From contig RBZT01000498.1 of NCBI GenBank assembly GCA_003693705.1, positions 1-37,595 of the forward strand: a DNA stretch of 37,595 nucleotides. Direction: 5' to 3'. Position numbers and translations under genes: made by a program. Origin of the DNA: Polymyxa betae A26-41 (lineage: Eukaryota; Protista; Endomyxa: Phytomyxea). The notes beneath the pieces were generated by a model. The model searched no databases and had not been told where the DNA came from. It saw only the letters and a list, made by a program, of their open reading frames with translations. Positions 21,400 to 32,439 of the stretch are shown one piece after another. Every line of letters begins with the position of its first letter. Positions within the stretch are counted from its first letter, which is position 1.

Positions 21400-23800
21400 C
21401 TCTCTAAGAAAAGCCCTACTGTCGGTTGGTAACCTTTCCTCTACGGTTCCTGTCTCAGTTGACGATGGGGCTGATTTCCCAATACCTATAATGGGTTTTA
21501 ACCATCTTGGAAATCTTGAACCTTTTGCAATTTCTCAAATTCCTTTAGAGTTTTGTGTTGCAAATGATGATTTAGCTACCTGTTCACGATTTGCTTTATT
21601 TGATGTTACGCTTTCTACTGAAGCTGGGAATGTTACTGTTCGTCGTCACCAAATATATACTGCTGACATTACCATGTCTGAAGTTTTGCTTGGACGCCCG
21701 TTCTTGCATCCTCTATGCATTGTTGTTGAATCCCAAATTTGTATTTTAGCTGGCAAAACTTCCGATTTTAATGTTGTTTCTAATTCTGAAAACTTTGTTG
21801 ATCATGTTTCTGAAAATGCTCCTTCTCTAAGCTCTAATGCTTTAGATGATATCTGTACCGCTTTGGAAGAACCTGTTTAAGAATGCATTCGCTGCAACGC
21901 CCCTGAATCTTTTATTTCTGATCTTCGCTCTTTATTGTTTGAATTTATTGATATATTTCGTATCTCTCTACGTTCTGATCCTCCTGTTAAAGTTACTCCT
22001 TTGATTTTAAAACAATTACCTGGTGTTGTTCCTATTTTAGCCAATTCTCGTGTCATGTCTTCTGTTGCTAGGACCTATATGCGTTGCTGGGTGTCTGAAC
22101 TCGAAAAGTGTGGTCTAATCTTCTTCAATCGTAATCCTTCTTGGACTCTTCCCGCCTTCGTTGTCGACGCGTTCAAGAAACCTCGGATGGTGATCGACAT
22201 GGTCCCTGCTAACAAGACTATAGTAAAATATTACTTCCCTATGCCACATTTACACACATTTGGCTGTCATTTAAAAGATTCTTCTGTTTATTTTACTCTT
22301 GATTGCTTTAAGTGTTATTGGCAATTTCCAGTTACTGGCGATCTTGATTGTCAAAGTTTGTAACTCCTTTTGGCGTTTATACTCCCACTCGAATTTGTCA
22401 AGGCAATTAATTGCAATGGCGTTTTTGCTTTTCAACGTGGCATGCATGTAATTTTTGGAGATTTGATTCCAAACCAATTATTAGTTTGCCTTGATGATTT
22501 GCTAGGATTTTCTGATTCTCCTGACAAATTGCTTTCTTTATTGAAAAAGGTTTTTGTTCTTTGTCGTGATTTCAATTTAAGATTGAGTGCTTCCAAATGT
22601 TGTTTTTTCATGACGGAAGCCCTCTGGTGTGGCGACGTCTACTCGTCAAAGGGAATCTCTCCTGATCCCAAGCGTATTCAAGCTCTTCAGAACTTCCCGG
22701 TCCCTGCCACCGCTGGAGAATTGATGCAGTTCGTCTGTGCTGCTACGTGGTTGTCGTCGGCCATACCTGATTTTGCTCTGAAAGCTGCTCCGTTACGTCA
22801 ATTACTCGAAGAATGCTTGAAAAATGCCCCTGTTCGTTCGAAGAAATTTGCATCCCGCATTCTGCTGTCGGAGGTCGGCTGGAAACCTGAACATGCTGAA
22901 TCGTTCGCGACTATTGTCGACACCATCAAAAATGCTGTTACGTTGGCGTAACCATCTGAAGATCTGGTTCCATGCCTCTTTACGGATGCTAGTAAGGATT
23001 TTTGGATGATCGTGATAGCTCAAGTTATTGTTCAGGATTTACATCTACCATATAAAGAGCTGTCGCATCAACCGCTTGCTTTCTGCTCTGCGCTTTTAAA
23101 GGTCATTCTACAAACTGGTCTGTTCCTGAGAAAGAAGCCTATCCCATTCAGTATGCTGTTCGTCGTTTTGATTATCTTTTTTGTACTGTCATGCCCATTG
23201 AGCATGACAATACGCGCAGCCGCCCAGCCGACCACCATGCAGTCGTACTGGCCCTCCCTGAGGGGCTGCGCAGAGGGCTGCGCCCCTGCTGACGACTCTT
23301 ATAGGGGAAGAGCCCTAACTGTCACGGAATGCGCGGGTCCCCTCGTCTCCCAAGTATGAATGGCGAGGAGCGGCCTCCACGCAACCATTCCGATCAACTC
23401 CAAAATTCATACGTTTCTCATCTCGTCTCCGACTCTCTATTGCTTCGTTCTCTCGCCTCGCCCCACCTCCGACTTCCCTCCGACCTTCGATTCCGCTCCG
23501 CCTCCGTCTCACCGGCACCGCTCCGTCCTTCCTACGCTCCACTCCGATCCCCTCACCGCTCCACTCCGATCCTCTCTCCGCTCCACTCCGTGCCCCGCCG
23601 CTCCGCCTCCGAGGACTCCCTGGGGTCGCTCCGTTGCAGGACACAGGTCCCCCGCGTCCTACCCTCCGCTCCCGAGTCATCGCACCGCTTATCTAACCAA
23701 TAAAAGGGGACCTTTTACTCAATCCTAACATGTACCGGTAAACACCCGTTTCGTATTTTCACTGACCATCAAAATTTAGTATTTATCTATAATCCTGAAA
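21400..23800 (+). pseudogene. pol: Gypsy-2 pol (protease-RT-RNase H), broken
   Basis: VSVDDGADF...EVLLGRPFL; PRMVIDM; LDCFKCYWQF; VCLDDLL; FTDAS; EKEAYPI. After the solo LTR it resumes as GKHPFRIFTDHQNLVFIYNP. Confidence 0.9.
23187..23730 (+). mobile_element. Solo LTR (544 bp) of an unrelated retrotransposon
   Basis: TG...CA termini, 5-bp TSD TGTAC at 23182-23186 and 23731-23735, AATAAA at ~23699, and a CT-rich body. The host RNase H frame resumes after it. Confidence 0.9.
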
Positions 23801-24053
23801 ACTGTATCTGTATTTTTGTAACCGACATTCTCTGGACAAAGTCCATCGCTGGGGTCTCAATCTGGACGGTAAATCTTAGCAACCATAATGTCCAACGAAC
23901 TCTTGAGGTAAACAAACCACTAAGGTATTGCTGTAGTGTCGCAGCAGTAAATTGCATCGTTGGGGAAAGTGTGGGACCCCCGCTCATGGCAATTTTCGTT
24001 GTCGATTCGGAGAATGGTGCAATCAGTTTCGATCGTACGTTTAACAAAAGCAA
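23801..24053 (-). pseudogene. Short hAT transposase fragment
   Basis: LIAPFSESTTKIAMSGGPTLS resembles the hAT LxPFxxxT..S...PTLS segment. Confidence 0.45.
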
Positions 24054-25234
24054 TTGACGTCTTTAGGAACATCTTTGAAACATGGCCTCAGCTGTGGAAA
24101 ATATCTTCCTGATGCTGTGAATGCATTATGCCCGCGGGAGAATCGCCCAAATCCTGAGAAGATCAATTCCAACGTGGCGAGCTTGAGGCTGAGCGAGCCA
24201 AAATCCGTTCGTTCTTGCTTGGATTTTTCACTCCAGAACGAGGGCTGCCTATCGCATTACGTTTCTTTCGCTTCCGCGGGGGTTCGTCGTCAATCACTCG
24301 TCAGAGCTAAGCGACGACTAATAATCGTCTTCACGAGCAAAGAGTTCAAAAGATTCCGCTAGCGATCGAGCAGTCGAAGCATTCGGGTTCGGGACGAATC
24401 CCTCGGCTATCACAGGTTGCGGCTGTGTCGGTTCAAGAGCTGCTGATCCTTCAAAAAGCTCTTCAGCCTTTTTCAACAAAGGCCATGGAGTGTCTCGAAA
24501 CATGGAATATTTAACCGTTTTCGGGACATTAGACTAATATTAGATCAGCGAGAAACATCTCGAAAACATACCTCTATCAGCTCGTTCCACGTCTGGTCTG
24601 GTGCTGCCCGCAGCTGAAGTTCATCGTCCCAGCCGAATCCGCTATTGATTCTTAGCGTTTTAAAAAGGTTCCATTTCTCTTTTAGCTGTTCGATTCATTG
24701 TAAACCCTAGCATTTATGGTTTCGAAAGGAATACAAAATACCTCTGTCACTTGCGACTTTAACTGCCTGATTTCGTAGATGGTCCCGAATTCCTTGTTAA
24801 AGGCGACAGCTGCAGCTTTCCACGCCTGATTCTTATATCCGTTATCTGCTTTTCCGCCTTTGGCGATCTGATGTCAGCATAAATATAAACAGCGAATGAA
24901 GGCGGATGGTAGAACTAACACTTCACCTGGACGGTCATGAACTCCATTAGACGTAACTGCTTGTTAGCCGTACATTTAGCACGCCCGACATCCTGTTTTA
25001 CGGCCGGCTTAACATGAGCCTGAAACTGCCCTTCATTAGATATTATTGTCGCAAAGAGGGTACTGTACAATAGAAGATATTCGAAGCGGACTATCAATTT
25101 TGAGTGTTTTTATTCACAAACAATACATCCAAACGATCAGGAATTTGTCAAAACGGGCTCTTACAATATTTTACAGCAATATTGCAAAGAAGGAATTTTG
25201 CGAAATACCGCAGAGCAGATAGTCAATCGCACCC
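24054..25234. mobile_element. Right part of a PIF/Harbinger element (Harbinger-A), left end and transposase missing
   Basis: Terminus CAATCGCACCC|TAA (25224-25237) is 8/11 identical to the Harbinger-B end CAAACGAGCCC|TAA. A Myb/SANT gene lies inside. Confidence 0.7.
24100..24900 (-). pseudogene. Harbinger Myb/SANT-like DNA-binding protein (spliced)
   Basis: KGGKADNGYKNQAWKAAAVAFN...QLKSQ [intron] LKEKWNLFKTLRINSGFGWDDE...WNELIE [intron] FRDTPWPLLKKAEELFEG. Confidence 0.85.
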
Positions 25235-25408
25235 TAAGGGCTCGTTTGGCAACCACCACCGGAATTCCGTACGTGCTACGGAAATTCCGTGGTCGCAATT
25301 TGTGGCCATGGACAGGAAATTTCCGTAGTTTAATTTTTCCCGTGTGCGTGTGCACACTGTTTGTCAGTTATCGGAAACCCTCATCTTTAGACACTATTTG
25401 AAAGTTTA

Positions 25409-26796
25409 ATGCCTTCTGTTGCAGATTTAGTAGTGTTCCAACGGCTGCGGTCGGCACGCCGAAGGCGAATCTCTCTGAGAGCTGTTTCCGAATGGTATTC
25501 GTCATCCTTTCTTCGCAAACAGGCAAGGCGTACTTCTATCCTGACCGGAAGTTTGTGGGTGGAAGAGGTGCTAAACGGCAATCCGAATCGCATGCATGAT
25601 ACATTCCGCATGTCCAGAGAGGTCTTCGACAGTTTAATCAAAAGATGCAGTCATTCGGGCTGGAAGCATCGCGAGGAGTTGCTTGCGAAGAAATGCTATG
25701 CATGTTTCTATATTTTGCAGGACAAAAAGGTTGGCTGCAAATCTTTTGCAACACCTCGACCCCATGTGATTTTAATTGTTGGTGTATCGAACAGAGGAAT
25801 GCAAGAGCGATTCCAGCATTCAGGAGAAACCATTTCCAGGTTGATGTTATCGATTGCCAGAAAGGACAGAAATTATTTTAATTCGGACGTTTATAGATAT
25901 TTGCATGCTGTTGTCGCTTGTCTGAAGTCAATGGCCACGAAATTCATTCAGATCCCGGATGAAAATCTTCCATTACACAGCGTCATCGCAAACAACCGTA
26001 AATTTCACCCCTATTTCAACAACTGCAGGATGGCTGTTGATGGCACGCATTTACCAATATGTATTAGTGTCAAGGACGCGGATCGCTTCCGAGGAAGGAA
26101 AGGGCTGACTCAGAATGTTATGGCAGCGTGCGCCTTTGATCTAGTCTTCACCTATGTGTTGGCTGGCTGGGAAGGAGCTGCTGCCGATGGGAAAGTTTTT
26201 GCCGATGCCCTTCAAAATAGGTACGACGTTCTCCCGGGCAAGTTCGATCTCGCTGATGCTGGATTTGCACTGACTCCCTTCATGATCACTCCTTACCGCC
26301 AGACTAGGTTTCATTTGAAAGAATTCTTGCAGGGGAGTCAAAGGTAATGCACTTGCGTTGTTGAGAAAATTGTCATTGACAATACAGACCTCACAACCAC
26401 AAAGAGCTATTCAATTTACGTCACGCTTCGCTTCGAAATGTGATTGAAAGGGTTTTTGGCATTTTGAAAATGAGGTTTCCAGTGTTAACCAATCCAGTGC
26501 GTTACAGCATTGAATTTCAAGCGGATATGGTCCTTGCCCTTTGCGTGGTGCATAATTATATTCGCTTGAATGGGGGAGTTGGAAACGAGATCGAAAAAAT
26601 GGCTAACGCAGCCTGAGAAAACGATATGAATCCTTCGGACGACGAGCAGGAATGTCCAGAAAACGGGCTCATGTCACAGGAGGCCGGCCGAATACGTGAT
26701 TCAATAGCCTTCCAGATGTGGAACGACTACCAGAAATACATCACAGCAAGGAAAGCCAAACGACGTCAACGTCGAGGTCGGCAGATGGGTGCTTAA
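25409..26796 (+). pseudogene. PIF/Harbinger DDE transposase (spliced, inactivated)
   Basis: FQHSGETISR, AVDGTH, GWEGAAADG, LADAGF, FNLRHASLRNVIERVFGILK, RDSIAFQMWNDY. Introns at 25840-25896 and 26344-26387. Frameshift at ~25640 and in-frame TGA at 26614-26616. Confidence 0.93.
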
Positions 26797-26804
26797 CGAC
26801 TTTA

Positions 26805-27858
26805 TTAGGCCTCATCTAGAAGGCTGTTCAGGAACTCTAAACGGTGTTCCTCTTTCAAAAGAACAAAAACTTTCGCTTCAGTTGGGTTCTTGAGCAGCTT
26901 AATGGCGGGAATGTGGTTATACACGTCAATTGCCTGCAAAAACGGGGCGTCCTGGAGAATTTCCAAGGCTGTTGCCAGGTAGTCAGGATCGCTCGTCTGC
27001 CGACCTTTGAGGAATTCTTTGAACATTTCATTTTCAGCCTCTTGGCTGTCGTTCAAACGTTCCATTTGAGCGGCGATGCTCTGGTCGGCATTGAATCGGG
27101 AACGCTTGGCACTAGATGAAGTCGCGGCCTTGGAAGAAATCGAACGCTTCTTCAAAAGCGTATTGACGCAAGGGTTTTTATTCGACTCAGAGGAGTCGTC
27201 GTCTGAACTCGTATTGTCTGATTCCCCTCCCCCAGTCTGATCGGCTGGAACAGCATCGGGCTGGCGGGTATCTTCCACCGTTTGGGGTGCTCGTGGCAAT
27301 GCGCTGGAGACTGCCGCTGCACCTGTGACAGTGAGGTTTTTGAATAAACTTTCCAGCTGTTCAAACAAAAAAAACGTCTCCTTAAACCACGAACGCCTGG
27401 CGTTGGTGTGCTCCTACAATGTTTCAGCGTTGCAAAATCCTGCAAATGTAATAAGCACCTTGAAGAACTGATCCCAGGACTGCTGATCAGGATTTTCTGG
27501 AGTACTGGTGTCGTAATCCCAACCCCATCCAGACTTGTTTTTTAGAGACGAATACAAATCGTGCTTGTTCCTTAACTATATATAATTTATGTGAACAATA
27601 ACAATTATTTTATCCAGTTGCATAGCTCACATAACGCAATCGCTCTTTTAAAGGTTTAAGTTCTCTGGAAACACCAAGCTGGGCGAGCTTAGCGATAACG
27701 CTCTTCCATGCCTCCGGTTTGAAACCGTTTTGGGCCCGTTTGCCCAGAACATCAGCTTGATATTGCTGCTCAGTAAGCATGATCCCATCAACGTCCTGCA
27801 CAGATGGTTTGAGGTCTGCAGTGCCTCCGACCGATGGTTCAACATCAGAAAGGCCCAT
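26805..27858 (-). pseudogene. Harbinger-B Myb/SANT-like DNA-binding protein (spliced)
   Basis: GKRAQNGFKPEAWKSV... [intron] LKNKSGWGWDYD...WDQF [intron] ...LFEQLESLF, followed by the 26805-27368 ORF. Confidence 0.85.
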
Positions 27859-28110
27859 AATAGCGATTGAAAAAGCCACGCGAGGAGAGACAGAAACAGA
27901 AAGAGTGCCTGCGGAAATTTCCTGAGGTCATTTTCGCAGGCAACTACCTGCGGAAAAAACTCGCCGGAATTCCGGCGCTGCCTTCGGAATTCCGGTTTCC
28001 TCAGTCAACGCTCGCCAAACATTCAAATCGCCGGACACTCGGAAATTTCCGTTTTTCCGGCGCAAACTGCGGAATTCCGCAGTTTTCCGGTGCTGCCAAA
28101 CGAGCCCTAA

Positions 28111-28800
28111 TGCAATTCGAAACACAGCTCGAGATTGCTCTTCAGAAAGTGATGTCTCAAGCGATGCAAGATATTTTGTAATACGCGGGTCCAGCGCAGC
28201 AGCAAGCTCAACCTGGGGACTAACAGCAATATTTTTGTCCTCTTTGAGTTTAGCGTGCATTGCTTTGGTGAAATTAGATGTATGGGTAGCACGAAAACCA
28301 GAATCTGAAGAGAACGCTTGGCTAACATGTTTTGATTATCGTGTGATAAACAGAGAGCCCTGATCGATCGAACCTGAGACATGCAGCGCCATCTTGACCG
28401 GATTCTGAAGCGCATCAGACGAAAGGACGTTGGTTTCGTATTTCAACATTACTTCACGTAGAAGAGGTTTTGCAGCAGTAACCATTGCAGGGTTAGTTGT
28501 TGCATTATCTCCAATAATGGTCCAAACACATGAAACCAGAAATGGATCCAGGTCGACGATTGCTTTAACGAGATGCTCGGCCAAAAGAGAAGTGGTATTA
28601 GTGTATATTACACGATTAAATGAAATGATTAAGAACGCATTTCCCAATCGTCGTCAAAGTAATGCAATGTAACCACCATATAAAAACGCTTGGCGGATGA
28701 AGTCCACATATCAATGGTCAAACCTACCCGACGATTCTTCCGGGTAATGTCTTTCCTTATTCGCTCGCGAACTTTTTGTTGAGCAGGAAGCCAATCTCGT
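28111..28800 (-). pseudogene. hAT transposase remnant, internally deleted, cut by the Harbinger insertion
   Basis: VGLTIDMWTS...YMVVTLHYFDDDW, IIGDNATTNPAM, LAAALDPR. Confidence 0.85.
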
Positions 28801-28829
28801 CTACGATACGTGCTGCCGCTCGACTAGTA

Positions 28830-29700
28830 TCCCTACATTAACCGACAGTCAGGAGACATCAAGCACTCCAGTGCAGATGGAAAACTCCGACACGCACTTC
28901 CTCTCCACTGGAAGAACAGTGCTGGCTGGGCAGCAGCCACTGTACATGTGAACTCCGCCACGGAGTTTCTAGGTATATGAAGCAGGCCATAATTGAGTAT
29001 CTATAAAACGCTGACTTCCTTATATAATACATTCATTCTGTTATTGATTTTGTTTAGCTCACATCGTTCTGAATCGTAGCCGCTTCCCGGAGAGAGAAAC
29101 GCAACAGGTTAACAGCCGAAGGGCGCCCAATCCCGAAGACATGAAAGAAGTCCTAGCGTCAACCCCAAAATATAGTGGAAGTGAAGACGAAGAGCCCACA
29201 CTATGGCAAGATAAAGTTCACGTACACCTCTCTACCAAAAGCTTGGAGGACTTCACTACCACAACACCATAAGATAAACCCGACCAAAAGAAACAAGACA
29301 TGAAGGCCAAAACGATTGTTTGCATGTGCCTAGCAGACTTAATCCTCAGCTCAGTGATCAAACTACCTTCAACCAAAGATGTGTGGACCTATATCAATGA
29401 TTCTTTCCGCAAGAAATCTCGGAGCACAAGGACCCGGTTGATTGGCGATTTTTGGGACACCAGGAAAGACGATCATTCTATCGCAAGCTTTGTCTCTACC
29501 GTCCAAGCGAAGGCTGCTAAACTGAAGGCAATCGGCAAAGAATGAACAGACGACGATCTGATGGACAAAATTATATCTGGGTTACCTCCTGAATACGATG
29601 CGCTCATTCTCTCACTCGACAACGTCAGCCCTGAACCCAATCTCCAAAAGACCATTGCTTCGCTCATAAACTTTGAACGGAATCTCATTTCTTCCGCCGG
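28830..29700 (+). mobile_element. Ty1/Copia 5' part: LTR (ends 29106, start uncertain), PBS and gag (29141-~29700)
   Basis: TATAAAA and TATATAA boxes, ...GCAACA|GGTTAACAGCC, and UBN2-type gag TKDVWTYI...KAAKLKAIG...IISGLPPEYD with 2 stops. Confidence 0.75.
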
Positions 29701-29917
29701 CTGAAACGTGGCTGCTCTTCCTCCGGCTGAAACCAGGTTGCGCTTCCGCCGGGTTTGATGCTTGCGAAGTCATGCGACTGAACGGTCGGGGTTTTCTTCA
29801 TGATATACATACATGGATGACATTTAATAAAACTAGGTCATGACAATGATAAAAACTAGTCTTAACGCAGCAAAAACGTAATCCGCATCAATCGACCAAC
29901 ACCTGTATCTTCTTATC

Positions 29918-32212
29918 ATGCCAGGCTCTGAACAGCGCTCCCGATCACGACAGATGCCCGTTAGCGACGACGCTCGCGATCGCGCTCTGTTTATTACCAG
30001 CGACGTCATCGCTCTAGCCATCATAGTCGATCGTATGCTCTAGATCGTTCAAGGCGCTCGCTCCATCAATCTCGTTCACGAGGCTCGCCCCGTCGTTCTC
30101 CTTCCCAGCGATTATCGCCTCCCTGTTCCCGTCCTCGGCGTTTATCGCCTTCTTCTTCTCGTTCTCGGCGTTTATCGCCTTCTCGCTCTCGCTCTCGGCG
30201 TTTATCGTCTTCTTGTTCTCGTTCTCGGGGTTTATCGCCTTCTCGCTCTCGTTCTCGGCGTTTACCGCCTTCTTGTCCTCGCTCTCGTCGTTTATCGCCT
30301 AATCGTTCTCGTTCTCGGCGCCCGTCGCCTCGCTCTCGTTCACCGCGCCCGTCGCCTCGCTCTCGTTCACCGCGCTCGGAGATGGGCAGCGGCGCTCATT
30401 CAGGTCCTATTACATCAACAACTGTACGATACGTATTTATCCTGTCTATTCATCACGATTTTAACCTTGGCTATGTATTAGGAAAAACGAATGATTATGA
30501 TTCTGCGGTAATGCCGTTTCCTGATGGAAAATTTACGACTTTCCAAGAATCACACAAACAGCAACGCGTTTTGCTTTATATTTCGTATTCAGCCTTTCGT
30601 TAGACTGTAAAAACTTTACCAGTAGTCAGTTTGCCAAAGTATTTGGGGCAGACGTACCATATATCGTGAAGTCAAGAGGCGAGGATTCTTCTATTGTGGA
30701 CAATGCGGTCGTCCAGGTTCAGACCCTGGCCGGTTCCGGCTGCACTTTGGGTTTAATGACGAAGACCGCTGTTATCATATCAAGAGGGAGCTCCCTTGTC
30801 AAAAGCATAATCATACTCTCAAGAGGAATGAAGAGCGACCGTCTTTGCGAATGCTTATAGATCAGCAGGGCCATTTTTCTGCCGACGAAATCCAGTAAGC
30901 AATGGAATTAGGAGCTAGCCTTATTCCTGTAGCGAAAGCTCGCGAGATGATGAGACTCAAAGTCCCATCTCGTGATTACAGTGGCCCTCTTCTTGCGAGG
31001 CTTCTTCATAAGGGCCTAAACGCTGAGTTTGGAGATGACCCGGAATGTATTCTGAAGCTAAAAACTCTCGGAGGCCAGTATCTTCGCGAAGGAGGTGTTT
31101 ACGATTTCAAAGTCGCACACGATTTGAGAGTCACTGACGTCGTAATCGCGAAACCGTCAATGGTAGATAATATATCACTATATGGGGATTTTATTATCCA
31201 GGACGGTACGCATGGGTGTAATGCCTATGCGATGGTGCTGATTATAAATACTCTTGTTGATTGCCTTGGACATTCTATCTTGTCGAGCTACTCGTTGTTT
31301 AGATCTGAGCATTCCGATCACATTCGCTGGGAGCTGAAAGCCCTCAAGCTTGATAGGGAAGATGCCACATTAATGACGGATGACGGTCCTGCTTTCAACA
31401 TTGTTGCTGAAGAATTGAAAATGTAACATCTTCTTTGTGTGCATCACTTTCAAGCTGAAGCAATGAGGGCTCAAACAGGGTTCAATAAGGCGATGATTCA
31501 TGATTTCTGCACAGATTCTGCTCTAGATGAGCATTTCGAAATATGCAAGGCGCAATACTCGTTTTATGATCAGGCGATGAGTTTATTAGATCGGTTAGCA
31601 AATAAGAAAGAGAAAGTTTGCGCCACCCTGGCTGGAAAAACATTTTCAGCAGGGTCAGTATCAACTCAACGGGCTGAAGGAATTCATTCAATTGTAAAAA
31701 ATCGAGGAGAGAACAAAAAGGAGCTGAAACGAATGAATCTTCACCAGCTTGCGCTTCAGCTTGACGCCATAATTTCTCTTCGAGAGCAAGAAGCGCTGAA
31801 AACTATTGTAAAGTAAATAGTGAACAATACGAAATGGAGCGACTTCGTGCAAACCAAGATACAAACCGAGCATAATCACCAGAGCGATTCCGTTTCGAAC
31901 CGAGATAATGAGCTTTCACCAGTATTCTCCATTCACCGGTTTTCAAAAGACTCTGATCAAGTTTGTGAAGTGATTGTAAATTCTGATGACAATCTGGTCA
32001 GCTCCTGCTCTTGTACTTGCACGTTCTTTTGTTCGAATAGACTCCCATGCCGCCATATTTCCCATGTTTTGTCTCAACATTTCAACAGAAGCCCTTTCGA
32101 TGTCGGCTTCCTTCCTGATCGATGGAGACTTGATCGCCACCCTCTTTACCAGATGGCATGCCGTCGCCTAGGTCTCAGTGCACCGGACCGCGCAAAGCCA
32201 GCTTGTATCTGC
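29918..32212 (+). pseudogene. MULE/Mutator transposase with RS-rich N-terminus and SWIM zinc finger
   Basis: FIIQDGTHGCN, LVDCLG, LMTDDGPA, HLLCVHHF, STQRAEGIHSIVK, SWIM CTC...RLPCRHI. Several stops. Confidence 0.88.
30106..30378 (+). repeat. Coding minisatellite: about 7 x 30 bp plus 2 x 27 bp units encoding RRLSPSRSRS-like repeats
   Basis: cggcgtttatcgccttctcgctctcgttct units, in frame with ORF 30382-30603. Confidence 0.9.
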
Positions 32213-32439
32213 CACAGTATGCACATTTCTGCCAATTCCGTGAAATATATGCGCATTTAATATCGAGTCTGCATTTTCCTGCTTTAAACAAAGAGAGCGC
32301 GCAGATTGTTGTAAGATGGAACCGCAAAAAAATGCGAACTCAAATTTCTGTGCAAATTTCTGCAAATGCTATAGCAGCATCTTTACCAAGTATGATACCA
32401 GAGCTTATTGGGTTTACTTTTCCTATTCCAAATCTATTG

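Larger units (their letters stand above)
19767..23800 (+). mobile_element. Ty3/Gypsy LTR retrotransposon (Gypsy-2), truncated within RNase H
   Basis: Candidate LTR 19767-19970, then gag, PR, RT and RH in Gypsy order. Confidence 0.88.
25238..28107. mobile_element. Complete PIF/Harbinger element (Harbinger-B, 2870 bp)
   Basis: Perfect 14-bp TIR GGGCTCGTTTGGCA, TAA TSD at 25235-25237 and 28108-28110, CGGAATTCCG subterminal repeats at both ends, and two convergent genes. Confidence 0.96.

Noticed and set aside
23315-23728. Three overlapping ~120-aa Pro/Arg/Ser-rich ORFs
   Set aside because: They lie within the CT-rich solo LTR, where composition alone leaves frames open.
26614-26616. TGA recoding or an alternative genetic code
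   Set aside because: Other elements contain TAA and TAG stops and frameshifts too, so ordinary pseudogene decay explains it.
16480-29700. The Copia RT fragment and the Copia gag fragment as parts of one element
   Set aside because: They are in the wrong order on the same strand (RT and 3' LTR lie upstream of 5' LTR and gag), and no shared LTR sequence was seen.
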